Assembly (NCBI RefSeq): GCF_018977255.1
Contig: NW_024704743.1
Coordinates: forward strand, 27,282,001 to 27,346,000
Length of the DNA stretch: 64,000 nt
Source: Callorhinchus milii
Taxonomy: Eukaryota
Direction of reading: 5' to 3'
The position numbers and the translations under genes were made by a program. Below are positions 50,938 through 63,860 of the stretch, one piece after another. Each line of letters begins with the position of its first letter. Position 1 is the first letter of the stretch. The notes below the pieces were generated by a model. The model made no database searches. It worked only from the letters and a program-made list of their open reading frames with translations, and was not told where the DNA came from.

Positions 50938-51849
50938 GTTGACCCAAAAAGTTGACTCACTTTCCTTTCTCCATAGATGCTGCCTGACCTGCTGAGTGTT
51001 CCCAGCGACTTCTGTTTTTGTTTCAGAATTCCTGCAATATTTTGCATTTAGGTACATTTTTAAGATGGACTTAAAGAGGTTAGAGAAGGGGGTGAAAGGG
51101 CAGAACTTTGAACTTGCTTCTAAATTCACATACTTGGAGATGCTATCCCGCATGAAGGATGCTTTATAAATGCAAATTATTGTTGTTATTGAAACTAAAA
51201 AATTGTTTATAATTCTGTGTGATCTTGAATTTTTAAACATTTAAAAGGCGCAGTGGAATATTAGACCTCATATTAATGATTAGAGACACTTGCTGGAACA
51301 TACACTTGACTGGGGCCTGAAGTGGGTTCCAGCTCAGTTTTGATACGTATGGTTGGTTAGCCTGCTATCCTGGTTCACATGTGAATAAAAGGCCACTTAG
51401 TTGAAGCATTGGAGGGCGTCCATCCTTCGTTTAACCAAACCCCAGTAGAAGGAGTCAAATGCCTCAGGGGAAGATGGGAGGGGAAAAAATCCGAAGAGAA
51501 AAATCTATAATTGTATCCCCTGAAGTAAAGCTGCATGTTAAGGAATTGTGAATTGTGTCTGCTGTAAAGTTAATTTGCTTCATAACTAATTGGAAGGCAT
51601 GATGGAGGTTTAACAGCCAAGATGATTAGATCATTGTTCCTTAGCTAGAAAAATCATCTAAGCAGCAGATGGTAAAATAACTGCATATACCAGGTGTACT
51701 GTAGTCACAACATACATTACCCTATTATTTTAAGGGTTATGCAACACTATCTTATAACATTGCCTCAAGGGTCTCATGTGTTTGATTTTAAATCCATTTC
51801 ATGTGGCGCTAACACAAATCTGTCACTATGGTCTAGTCCTCCTAGTCTG

Positions 51850-51930
51850 TTCTATTTCTCATCTTCTTTAATCATGTACTAGATGTAATCAAAAGTGACG
51901 TTGGTCTCTTTGCTGCTGATAATTGTGTGT
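51850..51930 (+). mobile_element. Very old non-LTR RT remnant
   Basis: Translates LFLIFFNHVLDVIKSDVGLFAADNC, like LFLIFINDL...LFADD. Confidence 0.55.
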
Positions 51931-52169
51931 TGGCTTTCTGCTCATGAAATACAATAGATTTGCAATAGGCTGATACACGATCTGTTAAATGTAGCCCTGA
52001 AAAAAACGTTCTGCGTATTCCATCACACTCCTGATATGATCCTTGTAATTATTGGAGACGCTTTCTTGGGTTATAAGGTGAATCACTCATTGCAAAGTAA
52101 CTAGCTTGCATTTTTGTCTTGGAGCCAAGGTGTTAGTGTGACTGACCCTGTTAAGCTTCTAGGCAATGT

Positions 52170-52545
52170 GTCAGCCTGGCTCAGTACTCTTGCCTTTGAG
52201 TCAGAAGGTTGTGAGTTCAACTCCCACGTCAAGACTTGGAACTCATATGGTCTAAGCTGACATTCCAATTCATTTCTGACAAAAGGTCATCAACCTGAAA
52301 CATTAACTCACTTTCCTCAATCGATAGATGCTGCCTGACCTGTTGAGTGTTCCCAGTGACTTCTGCTTTTACTCCAATTCAGTGCTTGGGATATGCTCCA
52401 TTTTTGAAGGTACTGTCCTTCGGATGCAATATTAATCTGAGGCCCTGTCCGTCTACACAAATAGATATTAGAGCCTGTGGCACAACACTTTGAGATGTCT
52501 AGAAGACATGATAAGGTGCTACATCAAGTGCAAGGATTATTATTA
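52170..52545 (+). mobile_element. Deu SINE with a 100 bp Penelope-type insert (52273-52372)
   Basis: Head GTCAGCCTGGCTCAGT; insert matches 50941-51018 and is flanked by TCCAATTCA direct repeats. Confidence 0.8.
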
Positions 52546-52734
52546 TTCATTCAAAAACAGAATGGAGTTTGTGGTACATTAGTTACTGTATACAAATTGG
52601 CTGCCGGATTCAACCACAAAACACACAGTCACTACATTTTACAGTATGTGAAGCACATTGAAACATCTCTCAATTAAAAAGGCACTATACCAAATATAAG
52701 GATTATTAATGGTGATCCAAGAATGTTGACATGC

Positions 52735-53096
52735 ATAATAATAATAATCCTTGCATTGTATATAGAGCTCTGCACGTCTACTAGATGTCTCAAAATGTTT
52801 CACAGAATATGCTGTAAAGTGAATTGACTGTATATTTGTGGGCGAAACGTGGCAGCCAATTGCACACAGCAGTGTTCCACAAACAGTCATGGATTGAAGT
52901 GACCAAATTATTATTAGTTTATATTTATCCCTAGAAAAGTAATCCACCAATCAACTAACAACCAGGTTCTTATTTATTGCTAGGTAAACAAAGGTGTGTG
53001 GAGTAAGGAAACTTGCCCAACATTTCGCCCTGCAGGAAATCAAACCCAGGTCTCTCGCTTACGAGGTGAGCGGTCTAACCACTGAGCTACAGGACT
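52735..53096 (-). mobile_element. tRNA-Ala SINE, long subfamily
   Basis: Alignment to sister copies. Confidence 0.9.
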
Positions 53097-53445
53097 CAGT
53101 GATGGTTGTATCACTGAGGAGGTTACTGGGCTCTCTCTTAATAAAGATGATCAGTGCCTGATACAAACATGACGGGTATGTTATTTGCCACTTGTCAGCC
53201 CAAGCCCAGGTTTTGTTTGTCCTCCCATTATCAGGAAAGTTGGGAATGGAGCTAAACTCTGTGCAATTGTTACTGAACAGTCTCACTCCTGATTGTTTGT
53301 TGGAGGAAGATCACTCTAGTAACTGAAGAAGGTTGGACTAATGCTGCTGTCCTGGGGAACTCTTGTAGTGATGTTATGAGGCTGTGAAAAGTATCCTCTG
53401 ATAACCACAACTATTGTCCTGTGTACAAGGTATGACTCCAGCTAG
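53097..53445 (-). mobile_element. Old CR1-group RT fragment
   Basis: LESYLVHRTIVVVI...RVPQDSSISPTFF and AWADKWQIT on the minus strand. Confidence 0.78.
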
Positions 53446-56400
53446 GTGAGTTTTATTACCCATTGTTGGCACAAAATTGTTTACAAAGGCAAAGTTCACA
53501 GAGGATTGGGTGGTGATAGTGGCAGATTTAAATGAGATAATTGCTGTCCATAGATATTTAATTTGTGATTTCTGCTTGCGAATGATTCATCCAATAAAAA
53601 TAATATTTTTTGCAATTGAAAAGTGCCTTATTACGTCCTGGAAACATCTCAAAATGCTTACCTCCCCCAAGAAGTTCTCACTAGGAGGATGATAGGTACT
53701 AGGAACTCCCTGCAAGCTTCCTGGTGGGCAACAAAGCCCAGCATGAAATGCATGAGAGCATTGTCACCGTCTTCCTCTCTGCAACTCGGGCAAACAACCT
53801 TTCCCATTGAGCGATGGCAATTGGAAATGCCAAATTTAGCTGCTAAGTTCAGCTGCTTGCTTCTCTGCAAGTCAATCAAAGTGGATAATGCTTGGGAAAC
53901 CCTTTTGTGCTTGGTAAACCCTGTTTTGAAAAGCCAACACACATAGCACAGCTAAAATATTGAGAAGCTGTAGACCTAATAAGATCAGTTTAGCAGCGCA
54001 TTTGATACATATTCAACCATGCCATTGGCCAACCCCCTTCCCTTCCCTCCCTTCTCCCCCCCGACCCCAGCTCGGGTCTGAAATGCTGTACACTGTCCAG
54101 CACCTTGGGATATCCTGCCGAAGTGAAAGGCGCTATACAAATGTAATCTTGTTGTTGTTGTTGTAATAATAATTCTAATCCTTCCATTTAATATAGCACC
54201 TTATCATGTTGTTGAGATTTCTTATCATATATGATGTACCCTGAGGAAGAAGAGGCTACCATTTTCCATGAAGCCTGGTCCAAGACTTTGGACTTGGGGA
54301 TTTTAGTTGTTTATAACCATTGGAATGGTGACTACTTACAACTTTTTACTTAGGACCGAGAGCTGTGATCTACTAGATGCAAGTTCAATTCAGTGGCCTG
54401 GCTTCACAGGTATCAAAATTAAAAATGGCATCTTGAAATTTACCTCTGAGAGAACAAATAAGATAACAATCCGGAGTACTATTAATTTTACCACATTATT
54501 TGACAAACACTGCCTCAAAGCAACACTGGAATCATATTAGATCACTGATTGGACAAATAATTTCAATCCTCAGCAGAATGGATCACTGCAGAAATGAATT
54601 TGTTCCCAGTTCTATTAATAATAATAATCCTTGCATTTGATATAGCAACCTATCACGTCTTTGAGACGTTTCAAAGTGCTTCACAGAATATACTGTAAAG
54701 TGAATTGACTATATTTTGTGGCCAAAACGCAAAGCCAATTGTGCACAGCAGTATCCCACAAACGGCTGTCATTATGAACTCTCCAGTCAACTCAATTTCA
54801 ATAGTTATAATAATAATAATGCTTGCATTTGATACAGCACCTTCTCATGGCTTCGAGATGTCTCAAAGTGCTTCACAGAATATACCGTAAAGTGAATTGA
54901 CTGTATATTTAAGGGCGAAACACAAATGGCAAACAATGACAAATGTAGCTGAATAAGATCACCCCACCCACTTGCCCAGATGTATCCAATAGATGTTTCC
55001 AACACCTGGAAGATACCTCCCTTATTTCACGTGTATAGCTCCATTCCTGACATAACGTGCGGCCATCAACATCAGTTCAGGTCGGAAATGTGGCAATCAA
55101 TTCTTCAGGCATGAAAAAATCTTGAGTTTATTTATATTTTGTGAAATATGGTATTTACTGATTCTCCCATGTATTACATGAGCTCAAGCAGGATGGACTG
55201 CAAGTGTATTTCAATAAAATCCTTTACCCTAGTTCCAAATTTGAACAAGGACACAGTGACAGAAACTACATAATATAATAGACTTGCTATAAAAAATTGC
55301 TATGAACAATCTCCTCTTTCCTCCTGAAATTTTCTTGCACCTTATGCTATGTTTTTATTACTCTGAAGATATATCCATATTCCACTTGTAAGCCAATATT
55401 ATGGTATTATTGCCTTTTTTTGAGCTGTTAATTTCTACAGCCTTTCAGTTATCATTGGTACTTCCTTTGAATTACTTTGCAGAAAGCTTAATTAAAAAAT
55501 GTGTGCATTATTCTTTGAAATATATTATGTGATTTTAGCTAGGAATATTTCCAGGTTCTGGAGTTTTAATGTGCTTCTCTTCAGGAGACTAAGTTGAAGC
55601 TTCTTTGGCGAGCATAAAAATATACCTTTATCAGTTGAACTCTTAGAAACCTCATTTACACCTTCCCTGAAAAAGAATAAATCACAGATTCATCTCAGAA
55701 ATAATAAGGTCTAACCAGCGTTTTTTTTTTAGCATCTCATTCTTTATATGAGATTGTCTAAACATTGTCTATACATAATTTTCAGAAGCAGTGCCTCTTT
55801 AGCCTGTCTACCATTTCTCTAGCCAGTTGCCAATTGTTCACTGGCTGTGAAGCCCACTGTGAATCTTTGAACACGAGCTGCAGCAACACTTTCAGTTGCA
55901 AAGTTGATTTTGGCTTTCCTTATTTCATAAGAGATCCACAAGAGAGATTTGTCTGAAGAAGGCTCCTTATCTCATTTTGTCTAATTTTTCAGAATCTCAA
56001 TCTTATAATGGCATCAAACTATTTCTGATTATGTTTCCATTATTCTGGCATCAACCAACCTTCCTGCTCCAAATTAGCCTGACGTTAATTTAACCTTTAT
56101 CCAAGTGTACACATGAATTAATATATAAATATTGTAAGGCATTGTTTGGTATACAATGGGTGTAAACTCAGTGGTTCTCCAGATTTTTATCAGCTTTGTC
56201 GTGCCAGAAATAAATTTCCAAATGCCAATCTCCATTTTAATATCTGTGAAGCTGAGTTAATTGAATCAGACTTCTTGCTCATAGATCACAGCTCTCAAAT
56301 CTGAACAAAAATTCTAACTATTGAATAATGTCAAAAGCCGAGATCCACAAGTCAAATGTCTTGGACAAAGCTTCGTGGAAGGTTTTAAAATGGTATGAGG

Positions 56401-56859
56401 CTGTTAAGACTCCTTTAAGTTTATTTGTGATTAAAATTATCATTTATCTATGAGTAGCAAGTTAATTGCAATATTGGATTACTTCCTCCAGCACTGATCT
56501 GGTATTGATGGATGCAATGAACTGGAACATTGGAAACCAAGTTGATCATTGCTTTGCCAGATTTACCATGTTCAAAGGAGTCTTTGAATGGATTGTTCTT
56601 GTATATCCTGTGAAGCGCTTTGAGATGTCCTCCTGATGTGAAAAGAACTATATCAAATGTGACAATGAGATGGATGAGGATTTCAGTTGCATTGTACAGG
56701 TACAACCCGGCTCGTGATCAAAGAATGGTCTCATTGAGAGGGGGTGTCTTTAATTCTAAAACATTGTTTTCAATGTCTGTGGGGATTCGGTTAGGGTATG
56801 AAGATAAGCAGAACTTGGATGGTGATAGAGTGTAAGAACCACTGGGGAATAGCCAGGGA

Positions 56860-57105
56860 AATAAGTGGTGCTGCAGCCATTTTGCCCCTTCTTCTTGTAA
56901 CTCCATCCCAGAGTCCCCCCGACTCATTCTCTCCTTCAACTTGTTCAAGGTCCATCTCAAGATATACCTCTCACCACGTTTTTGGTCATGTTTCCCTTCC
57001 CCATTCGGCTCCCACCTCCAGCTCGGTGCCCAGCCCCCAGTGTCAAGAGTTTTGAGATTTCCTCTCAACATGGAAGAGACTATATAAATGTAAATTTGTA
57101 TTGTA
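56860..57105 (+). mobile_element. Old L2 3' UTR and tail
   Basis: TTCAAGGTCCATCTCAAGA...TTTGGTC and tail TATAAATGTAAATTTGTATTGTATT. Confidence 0.7.
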
Positions 57106-59861
57106 TTTACCATGGTTTCTTACAGCCGAAAATACTTCCACCATGATAGATCGAGTTAAAATGTTCAGTGTTGTGTCTCAGCAGCAATTGAAACATTGTA
57201 TGAATGTAGCAATGTTCAAATATTGTTTTGTGGCCTTACAGCTGCATTCCCGTGTCTCTGTGCTGATCAAAAATACGGTTCTGATTTCAGCAAGTACAAC
57301 CCAGGTAAATTGAATTCCTCCACTGTCATATCTAGCATTCACACTTGGCTTGCTGTCAGGTAACTGGCAACAAAATACTCACTTTGTGAATGCTGACTTA
57401 CATTGAGTATCCTTTGCTGACATGGAGTCCGGAATATTTGTAGCTTGTAAACTGGTGAGGCCAGTGAACCGTATGCAATGTATTCGATTAAGAGGCAGAT
57501 GTTGTTTTAAGTAGGTTGTCTTTTAGTGGGATGGAGAAAAAAGGAATACACATTAATCAGTCCCTACATCAGATCAATCTCTGCCTCTCTACAAAGGAAT
57601 CTTTTATACTCTATCCCAGGACCTTTTAGTGTGCTTGTTTTTGCCTGTTTTATAATTTATATTACATATTTTCATATAATATAACACAGCAATCATATAT
57701 ATTTGGTTTAAAACATGGGGATAGTTGAGTCCCTGACTGATATTGAGTGGAGCAAGCCATTTGCATTTGTTTCCCACTCGCCTTAAAACGAATTGCTTTG
57801 GCATGGGGGCACCGCATCAGGAACAGACAAAATTCACCTAATTAGATGCAAGTCTTATTGATTTATTGGCAGAGCTGAAACTAAAATCCTTTGGTTTGAA
57901 GTTAAGTAAGCAAGTACTTAAACTGTATTTCCTGACTGCAGATTGCTAAATTCAATAAATGTAATGAATAAATTGAACAAATAATACTTTATAGAAAAGT
58001 GTCTGCTCTGATAGTCAAAGTACGTTGAATATAATAACAATCCATAAGGTGTTTATTTGGGAGAATTGAGCAACATATCAGCTTCATTGATATAGTTTGC
58101 ACAAGTGAAAAGAAAGGTTCACTCTGTTGCTAAAATCAAGCCAACAAACCCCAACAAAAGATATCCAAATGTTATTCTGATCTTAATGCAATCTATAATA
58201 CACATTTGGATAGTCTTAAGAACAGTGAACTTGGGGATTGTTTATCAATGCTTGTTATTTTACTTCCTCTGATCAAAACAAGATATTAAATGAATTAGGT
58301 AGATAGAGATCTCCAATCTTTTGCTGAGAAAATATCCAGACCTGATTCAAAAGATGTTAATAGGTCACCAGTTGCTGCTCATGGAAATAACATAATATTT
58401 TTCATCTTTTTATATATGGAAATTATACCTTGACTGCGTAGATTGAACAAAAAATACTTTCTCGTGCCTTGATTTCACTTTTAAAATCAAAACGAGATGG
58501 TATGAAGAAAGTAAAGCATTAGAAGACCAACGAGTGATGATACAGAAGGGTATCTTCATTGAGCATTACAGAATACTGAGCAGATAAAAAAATAAAAAGA
58601 ATTGCCAAGCAAAGGATGAAGTAATAATGCTGTCATTTATTCTCTCAGTCACTAATGGATTATTTAAGTAGAAACTGAGCATTTAAGCAATTTCTTTTGA
58701 AAGACTCCTCACAACAAGGTAATTAAAGTGAGATGGCATGATCCCATCTCAATAAATTAGAGTGATAAATGAGTTTGCTGTAACCCAGAAAGGTGACCTC
58801 AAGTAATTCAGGAGTAAAGAAACTTCCAATGCGATACGTGTGAATAAATGGTAAAAAGACAATGTGTTGGTGTTAAGTGTTTGTGTTTAATTTGATTTGT
58901 CATTATGGCTTTACAGAACCTAAAATAAAAGCTGGGACACAGCAGTTTCACATTTGCAAAGTGGCATGTTGTCTGCCGATTTATCTTTTAAATTGCTCTT
59001 AATGCTGTTGGTAGATCTGCAGAGGAGACGATTTGGAAGAAAAATGACTGTTCGACTGTTTGATATGCTTTTTTTTCTCTTGATGTAGTGATGTGATAAA
59101 AGAAGAAAACACAAGAAAAGGTTTGGGAAAACGATCTGAACCATCCATGGCTCTTCAGTTACAAATGCAGTGTGTTCGCTGTTTTCAATTCAAATTATTT
59201 GAAATGCTTTTTATTTTATGATGGCCCCTTCAATTTAATGTAACATGATCTGTGACCCAATTTGGTTCTGAGATTTTTTAGGAAAAACAAAGTTTCCTTT
59301 TTTTGATGTCTTCATTTGAGTTGCAATACTGTACTCTCGCACACTGCCAGATAGAAAGGCTGGGGAAATGGTTGTTCAGTCACTATGTGTGGAGCTGAGT
59401 TTTGCAAACTGAATCACCACTGCAAGCGATTTGGACTGATAGTAGGGTTGCTACCATCTGTTTAGTGGTGCACTGAATGCATTAAATCAAACTTTTATTT
59501 GTGCAAAAATAAATTCCAAAAATCAGGAAAAAATCAGCTGCCCAGCAAATCATTCCATATCCAGATAGCTCTGTGGGAGAAGTTCTTCCACACCTCTCCT
59601 ATAACTCCCCTTGCCACAAACTAAATAGGACTGAATAAGTAAACCCATAAAATTATGGACCAAGATTGTAGAACAAGAAGATGTGGATTTAGAGTTGCAA
59701 AGGACAATATCAGGCCAGATACCAGGAGGTTTTTCTTTACCATGGTCACATTTAAAACATAATTTGCTGGGAAGCAGAGGGGAGATGGTAGGGTGGGGTA
59801 TTCTGCAAAGTTAACATTAAATGGGCCAAAGAGCCTTCTTCATCTGAATCAATCTTGTAAT

Positions 59862-60200
59862 CTTGCCTCGCGAGGGAGAGGACCTGGGTTCAATTCCCGG
59901 GGAGGGCGAAACGTTAGGCAAGTTTCCTTACTCCACATGCCTCTGTTTACCTAGCAGTAAATAGAAAGCCGGTTATTAGGTGATTGGCAGATTGCTTTTC
60001 CGGGGGCAATAATTCCTTCACAAAATTTTTTTTGTCACTCAATCCATGACTGTTTGTGTAACACTGCTGTGTGCAATTTACTGCTGTGTTTCGCCCACAA
60101 AATATACAGTCAATTCACTTTGCAGTATATTCTGTGAAGTTCTTTGAAAGGTCTCGAAGACGTGATAATATACTATATCAAATGCAAGGATTATTATTGT
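59862..60200 (+). mobile_element. tRNA-Ala SINE, long subfamily, 5' end clipped
   Basis: B box GGTTCAATTCCC, then GGCAAGTTTCCTTACTCCACATGCCTCTGTTTACCTAGC. Confidence 0.88.
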
Positions 60201-60479
60201 TATCATCTTCCGTGCCCAGACAAGGTACTAAATTCTCAATGAAATTAAAGCAAGTATGAATTTACATCTGGAAATAGCAGAGTTTTTACACAGATTCTTT
60301 GTGGAAAAATACCTGTCACACTTCTAGATAATGTGCGATGTTGCATATTACGCTGGAATTGAAAATATGGTATTTGCTACCTACATTCACTAATAGCAAA
60401 TCCAGTCACAAATAGCGACAACTGATGGAAATTTGAATTATGTATACAACCACAGGAACTTTGCTCAAAAGTAGATGAC

Positions 60480-60790
60480 ACGTTGTGACTGCAGCATTTT
60501 ACTAGATTTGCTTTAACAGCACCTCCTAGTCGTGTGACCTCTACCACCCAAGAGACCAAGCAAAACAGTATCATGGGAATACCCTCACCTGTGAGTTGCC
60601 CTCCCAGTCACTCACTTTCCTGACAATAGGTGTACTGTACACCACCATTCCTTAATTGGCGCTGGAGCAGAATCATGGAACTCCTAACCCAACATCATCA
60701 AGATCATTACAAGGTTTAAAGAGAGGCCCCACCAATAACCGCTGGTCCACAGCCATTGACACCACGCGATGAGTTTAAAATAAAGTTGCC
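60480..60790 (+). mobile_element. Old LINE (CR1 group) 3' end
   Basis: ATGGGAATACCCTCACCTGTGAGTTGCCCTCC...CATGGAACTCC...GGTTTAAAG resembles a common chondrichthyan LINE 3' end (from memory). Confidence 0.55.
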
Positions 60791-61834
60791 CATGAACTCT
60801 GGCAGGATCCACTTCCATTTCATGGCAGAGAATCACTGTCAATGAATCCAAAGGTCAAATGCCTTGTGTTAAGTCCAAGAGAGTGTTTCTTTTACTTCTG
60901 TTTATTGCCAGTGGAATTCTGGAAGCAAAACCCAAGTGAGAGAGCGGTTGATTCCTGTATTCCCTCTGCCGTTTTTCAAAGGTGTCAACAACAGACCTGC
61001 GTGTGCCAGTTCAGTGAAAGAGATAAACTATTATGACCAAATTGTTGGTCAAACTGGTGAGCGCACAATCGATTGTTGTACAAGGCGTGAGGAGTACCAC
61101 AATCAATCGCACACTTAATCCCACTCAACAAAAAACAGAACAGCTCTTCACTAAATGCAATCAAAATGCTCTATGTGTCCTAATAACTGACTTGAGCTGC
61201 CAGTGTCACAAATTATAAGCAGACAAATCACTGTTTCTCCACAATATGAACGTGCCACTTAGGAGTGTAAAATGCGAGTTGGAAAGTAAAGACCAGCCAA
61301 CTTGAATAATTCTTACTACTCCTTTATACAGCAGCATTACAACATATTTTTGCCATTCACCCTGTTTGCACAAATTTCTTATTTTATGTCCCGCTTTAAG
61401 GCACACTGAGAATCATTTGAGGTTATAGGAAAGTATACTGTGGAGAGAAAGCATGGAAAGTGAGTACGAAAATAGAAAGGACAGTAATTTATCCCAAGAA
61501 TGAAGTGATGCAAAGAGTGAAGAACAAATGGAGTATTGGTCCATTCGTTCCCCTCTTAATATTTTACTTTGTTGCCTATTAAATTGAAGGGAAAATAACA
61601 GACCCATAGTTTTTTTAAATAATCGGTGTTTGTAAAATATGTAGTGAGGTGAGGGGTTGATTTTGGGAATTGCTCTGAATTGGTTGTGAGCTACAGAGCT
61701 ATGACACATGAGAAAGCTGTAGAAGGAACAACATGCACATAATATTTTAGTAGTCTTAAACAAAAGCATGTGCTGTATCCCACATTGGTGAAAAGGATAG
61801 TGGATTCAACAACAGGGATTGTTTTCAAATGCTT

Positions 61835-62290
61835 AATAATAATAATCCTCGCATTTGATATCGCGCCTTATCACATCTTTGAGACATCTCAAAGCGCTTC
61901 ACAGAATATACTGTAAAATGAATTGACTGTATATTTTGTGGGCGAAATGCGGCAGACAATTTCACACAGCAGTGTCCCACAAACAGTCATGGATTGAGTA
62001 AACTTTTTTTTGTATAACACAAATAAAACCAAGGTCCTGTCTGCCTGTTCAGGTGAACTTTAAAGATCTCATACTAAGATTTGGAAAGTGAAGGAAATTT
62101 CTCATGGTGTCCTGACCAACATTCTCCGCATAAAATTGATCATTCATTTCATGGCTAATTGTGAGACAATGCTGTGTGTAAATTAGCTCTTATATTTACT
62201 TACAAATATAGTTGCTACACAGAAAACTCTATGAACCATTTTGAGATGTTTGAATGCGATAAGATACTTCAAATGCAAGGCGTATCGTTA
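61835..62290. mobile_element. tRNA-Ala SINE 3' half (61835-62000, -) adjacent to a Deu SINE 3' part (62027-62290, +)
   Basis: Alignment to sister copies. Confidence 0.75.
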
Positions 62291-63209
62291 TTGTAATATT
62301 ATTATAAATATCTACCTAAATGCACCTGAGTTGAGATCAGACAAGTACAATCAAAACTATGAAATTAAACTACAAAAAAGTTAAATGCTCTGAAACGCTA
62401 AGGGTGCTGTAAAAATGCAAGTTGCTGTTGTTGTGTTCAAATGTTTCAAATATTTTTGCAAATAACACACCAGGATAGAGATATGTAATAATTTTAAACT
62501 ATTTTAACAATTTCTCAATATGCTACCAGAAATAAATATTGGAAAAGTATTGAAATGCAGTTCAGAATAAGCTCAGGATTATATTATACCAAAGAAGCAC
62601 ACAGAATATGAGAAGGCATTGTTGGAGAGGCTAGACAGAGACTGAATGCGATACTTGATATCCATCTAATCCTCAATGATTATCAACTGCATGTGAATTG
62701 ACAAATATTGGGAAAGGCGATGAAAATCACAAATTATTCAGATCCTAATCAGCTGTTCTTTAAGGCAACAAGCAAAGAGAGATTCAAGCTCAATCTTGAG
62801 AGAAGGAAGTGGACTGAACATTTGAGAGAACTCCGTGTCAGGCATCACACAGCATCGATAACAAGAGCAATTGCATAACTCTTCCAATGGACCAAAGCAA
62901 TGTCTCAAAGAGCGAAACATCACACCTGTTGAAATACTCTTCACAACAAACCATGTAAGAAAACTGTCTTGCCAGAAGTAAGCTTAGCAGACAAGCTTGC
63001 CACTTTACATGTTGTTGCCATTTTAAACCAAAACATATCTGAACCCATTCAGTTTTCCAAGGGATTCAACATGAATTAAACAAAATGTAGTCAGAGGGCA
63101 AAACTGATCAGTAAAACCATACAGATACTTCATATAATATTGGGTGTAACCCAAGTGAAACACACTGATGTTTGAGTTAGAAATAATTAATATTTCTATG
63201 AATTTAATA

Positions 63210-63860
63210 ATGCAATACAATTTATATATACATTTATCACCTTTTATGTTAGGAGGATATCTCAAAGTCCTTAACAATGCGAGGTGGAAGCTCAAACTGG
63301 TAATGGGAGCCGAGGAAAGTGGGGAGGGAAAGATGACCGAAAGAGCAGTGAAAGAAGTAGGTCTTGGGACATGCCTTGAAAGACGGCAGTGAGGGAGGAA
63401 TTGAGTCAGAGTGACTCAGGGATGGAGTTCCAGAGAGCAGAGGCTGAATGGCTAAAATTCTGCTTACCAATGGTGGGATGGTAGGGGGCATGAAGCAGGC
63501 CAGTGTTCACCGAGAGAAAGGAGCAGCTGGGTCAATAGCATTGAAATAGATTACAGAGGTAGGATGGGGGAGACTGTGAAAAGATTTAAAAGTGAGAACG
63601 AGGATCTTGAACTCGATCTGGTGGGGGGATGGAAAGTTAATGGAGCTGAGCAAGAATGAGTGCGATAAACTTGAAACAACAAGAACAAAATTACATTTGT
63701 ATAGTGCCTTTCACATCGGGAGGACATACCAAGCAAGCCTTGTGCGGGAGAGAAAGAAGGTTGCAGAGCTTTAGATCGTCTACAACTTGAGTAAGGAAAG
63801 AGCTGGGGAGTCTGATGATCATACTGTTGGTGTAGTCAATCCTTAGGCTTGAGGAACTGA
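63210..63860 (-). mobile_element. Old L2 3' fragment containing a younger tail-only L2 piece (63675-63732)
   Basis: GAGGATCTTGAACTCGATC and GTAGTCAATCCTTA (RIDY) motifs; two tails in the same orientation. Confidence 0.8.

Larger units (their letters stand above)
50498..51030. mobile_element. Palindromic Penelope-like non-autonomous element, left arm interrupted by a SINE
   Basis: Left arm 50498-50542 plus 50881-50918 is the reverse complement of 50941-51018; CTGACGA...GAAAC motif typical of Penelope terminal repeats. Confidence 0.7.

Noticed and set aside
59088..59125. 32 nt plus-strand micro-exon (TAG/TGATG...AAAG/GTTTGG)
   Set aside because: Weak donor, length not a multiple of three, peptide not recognised
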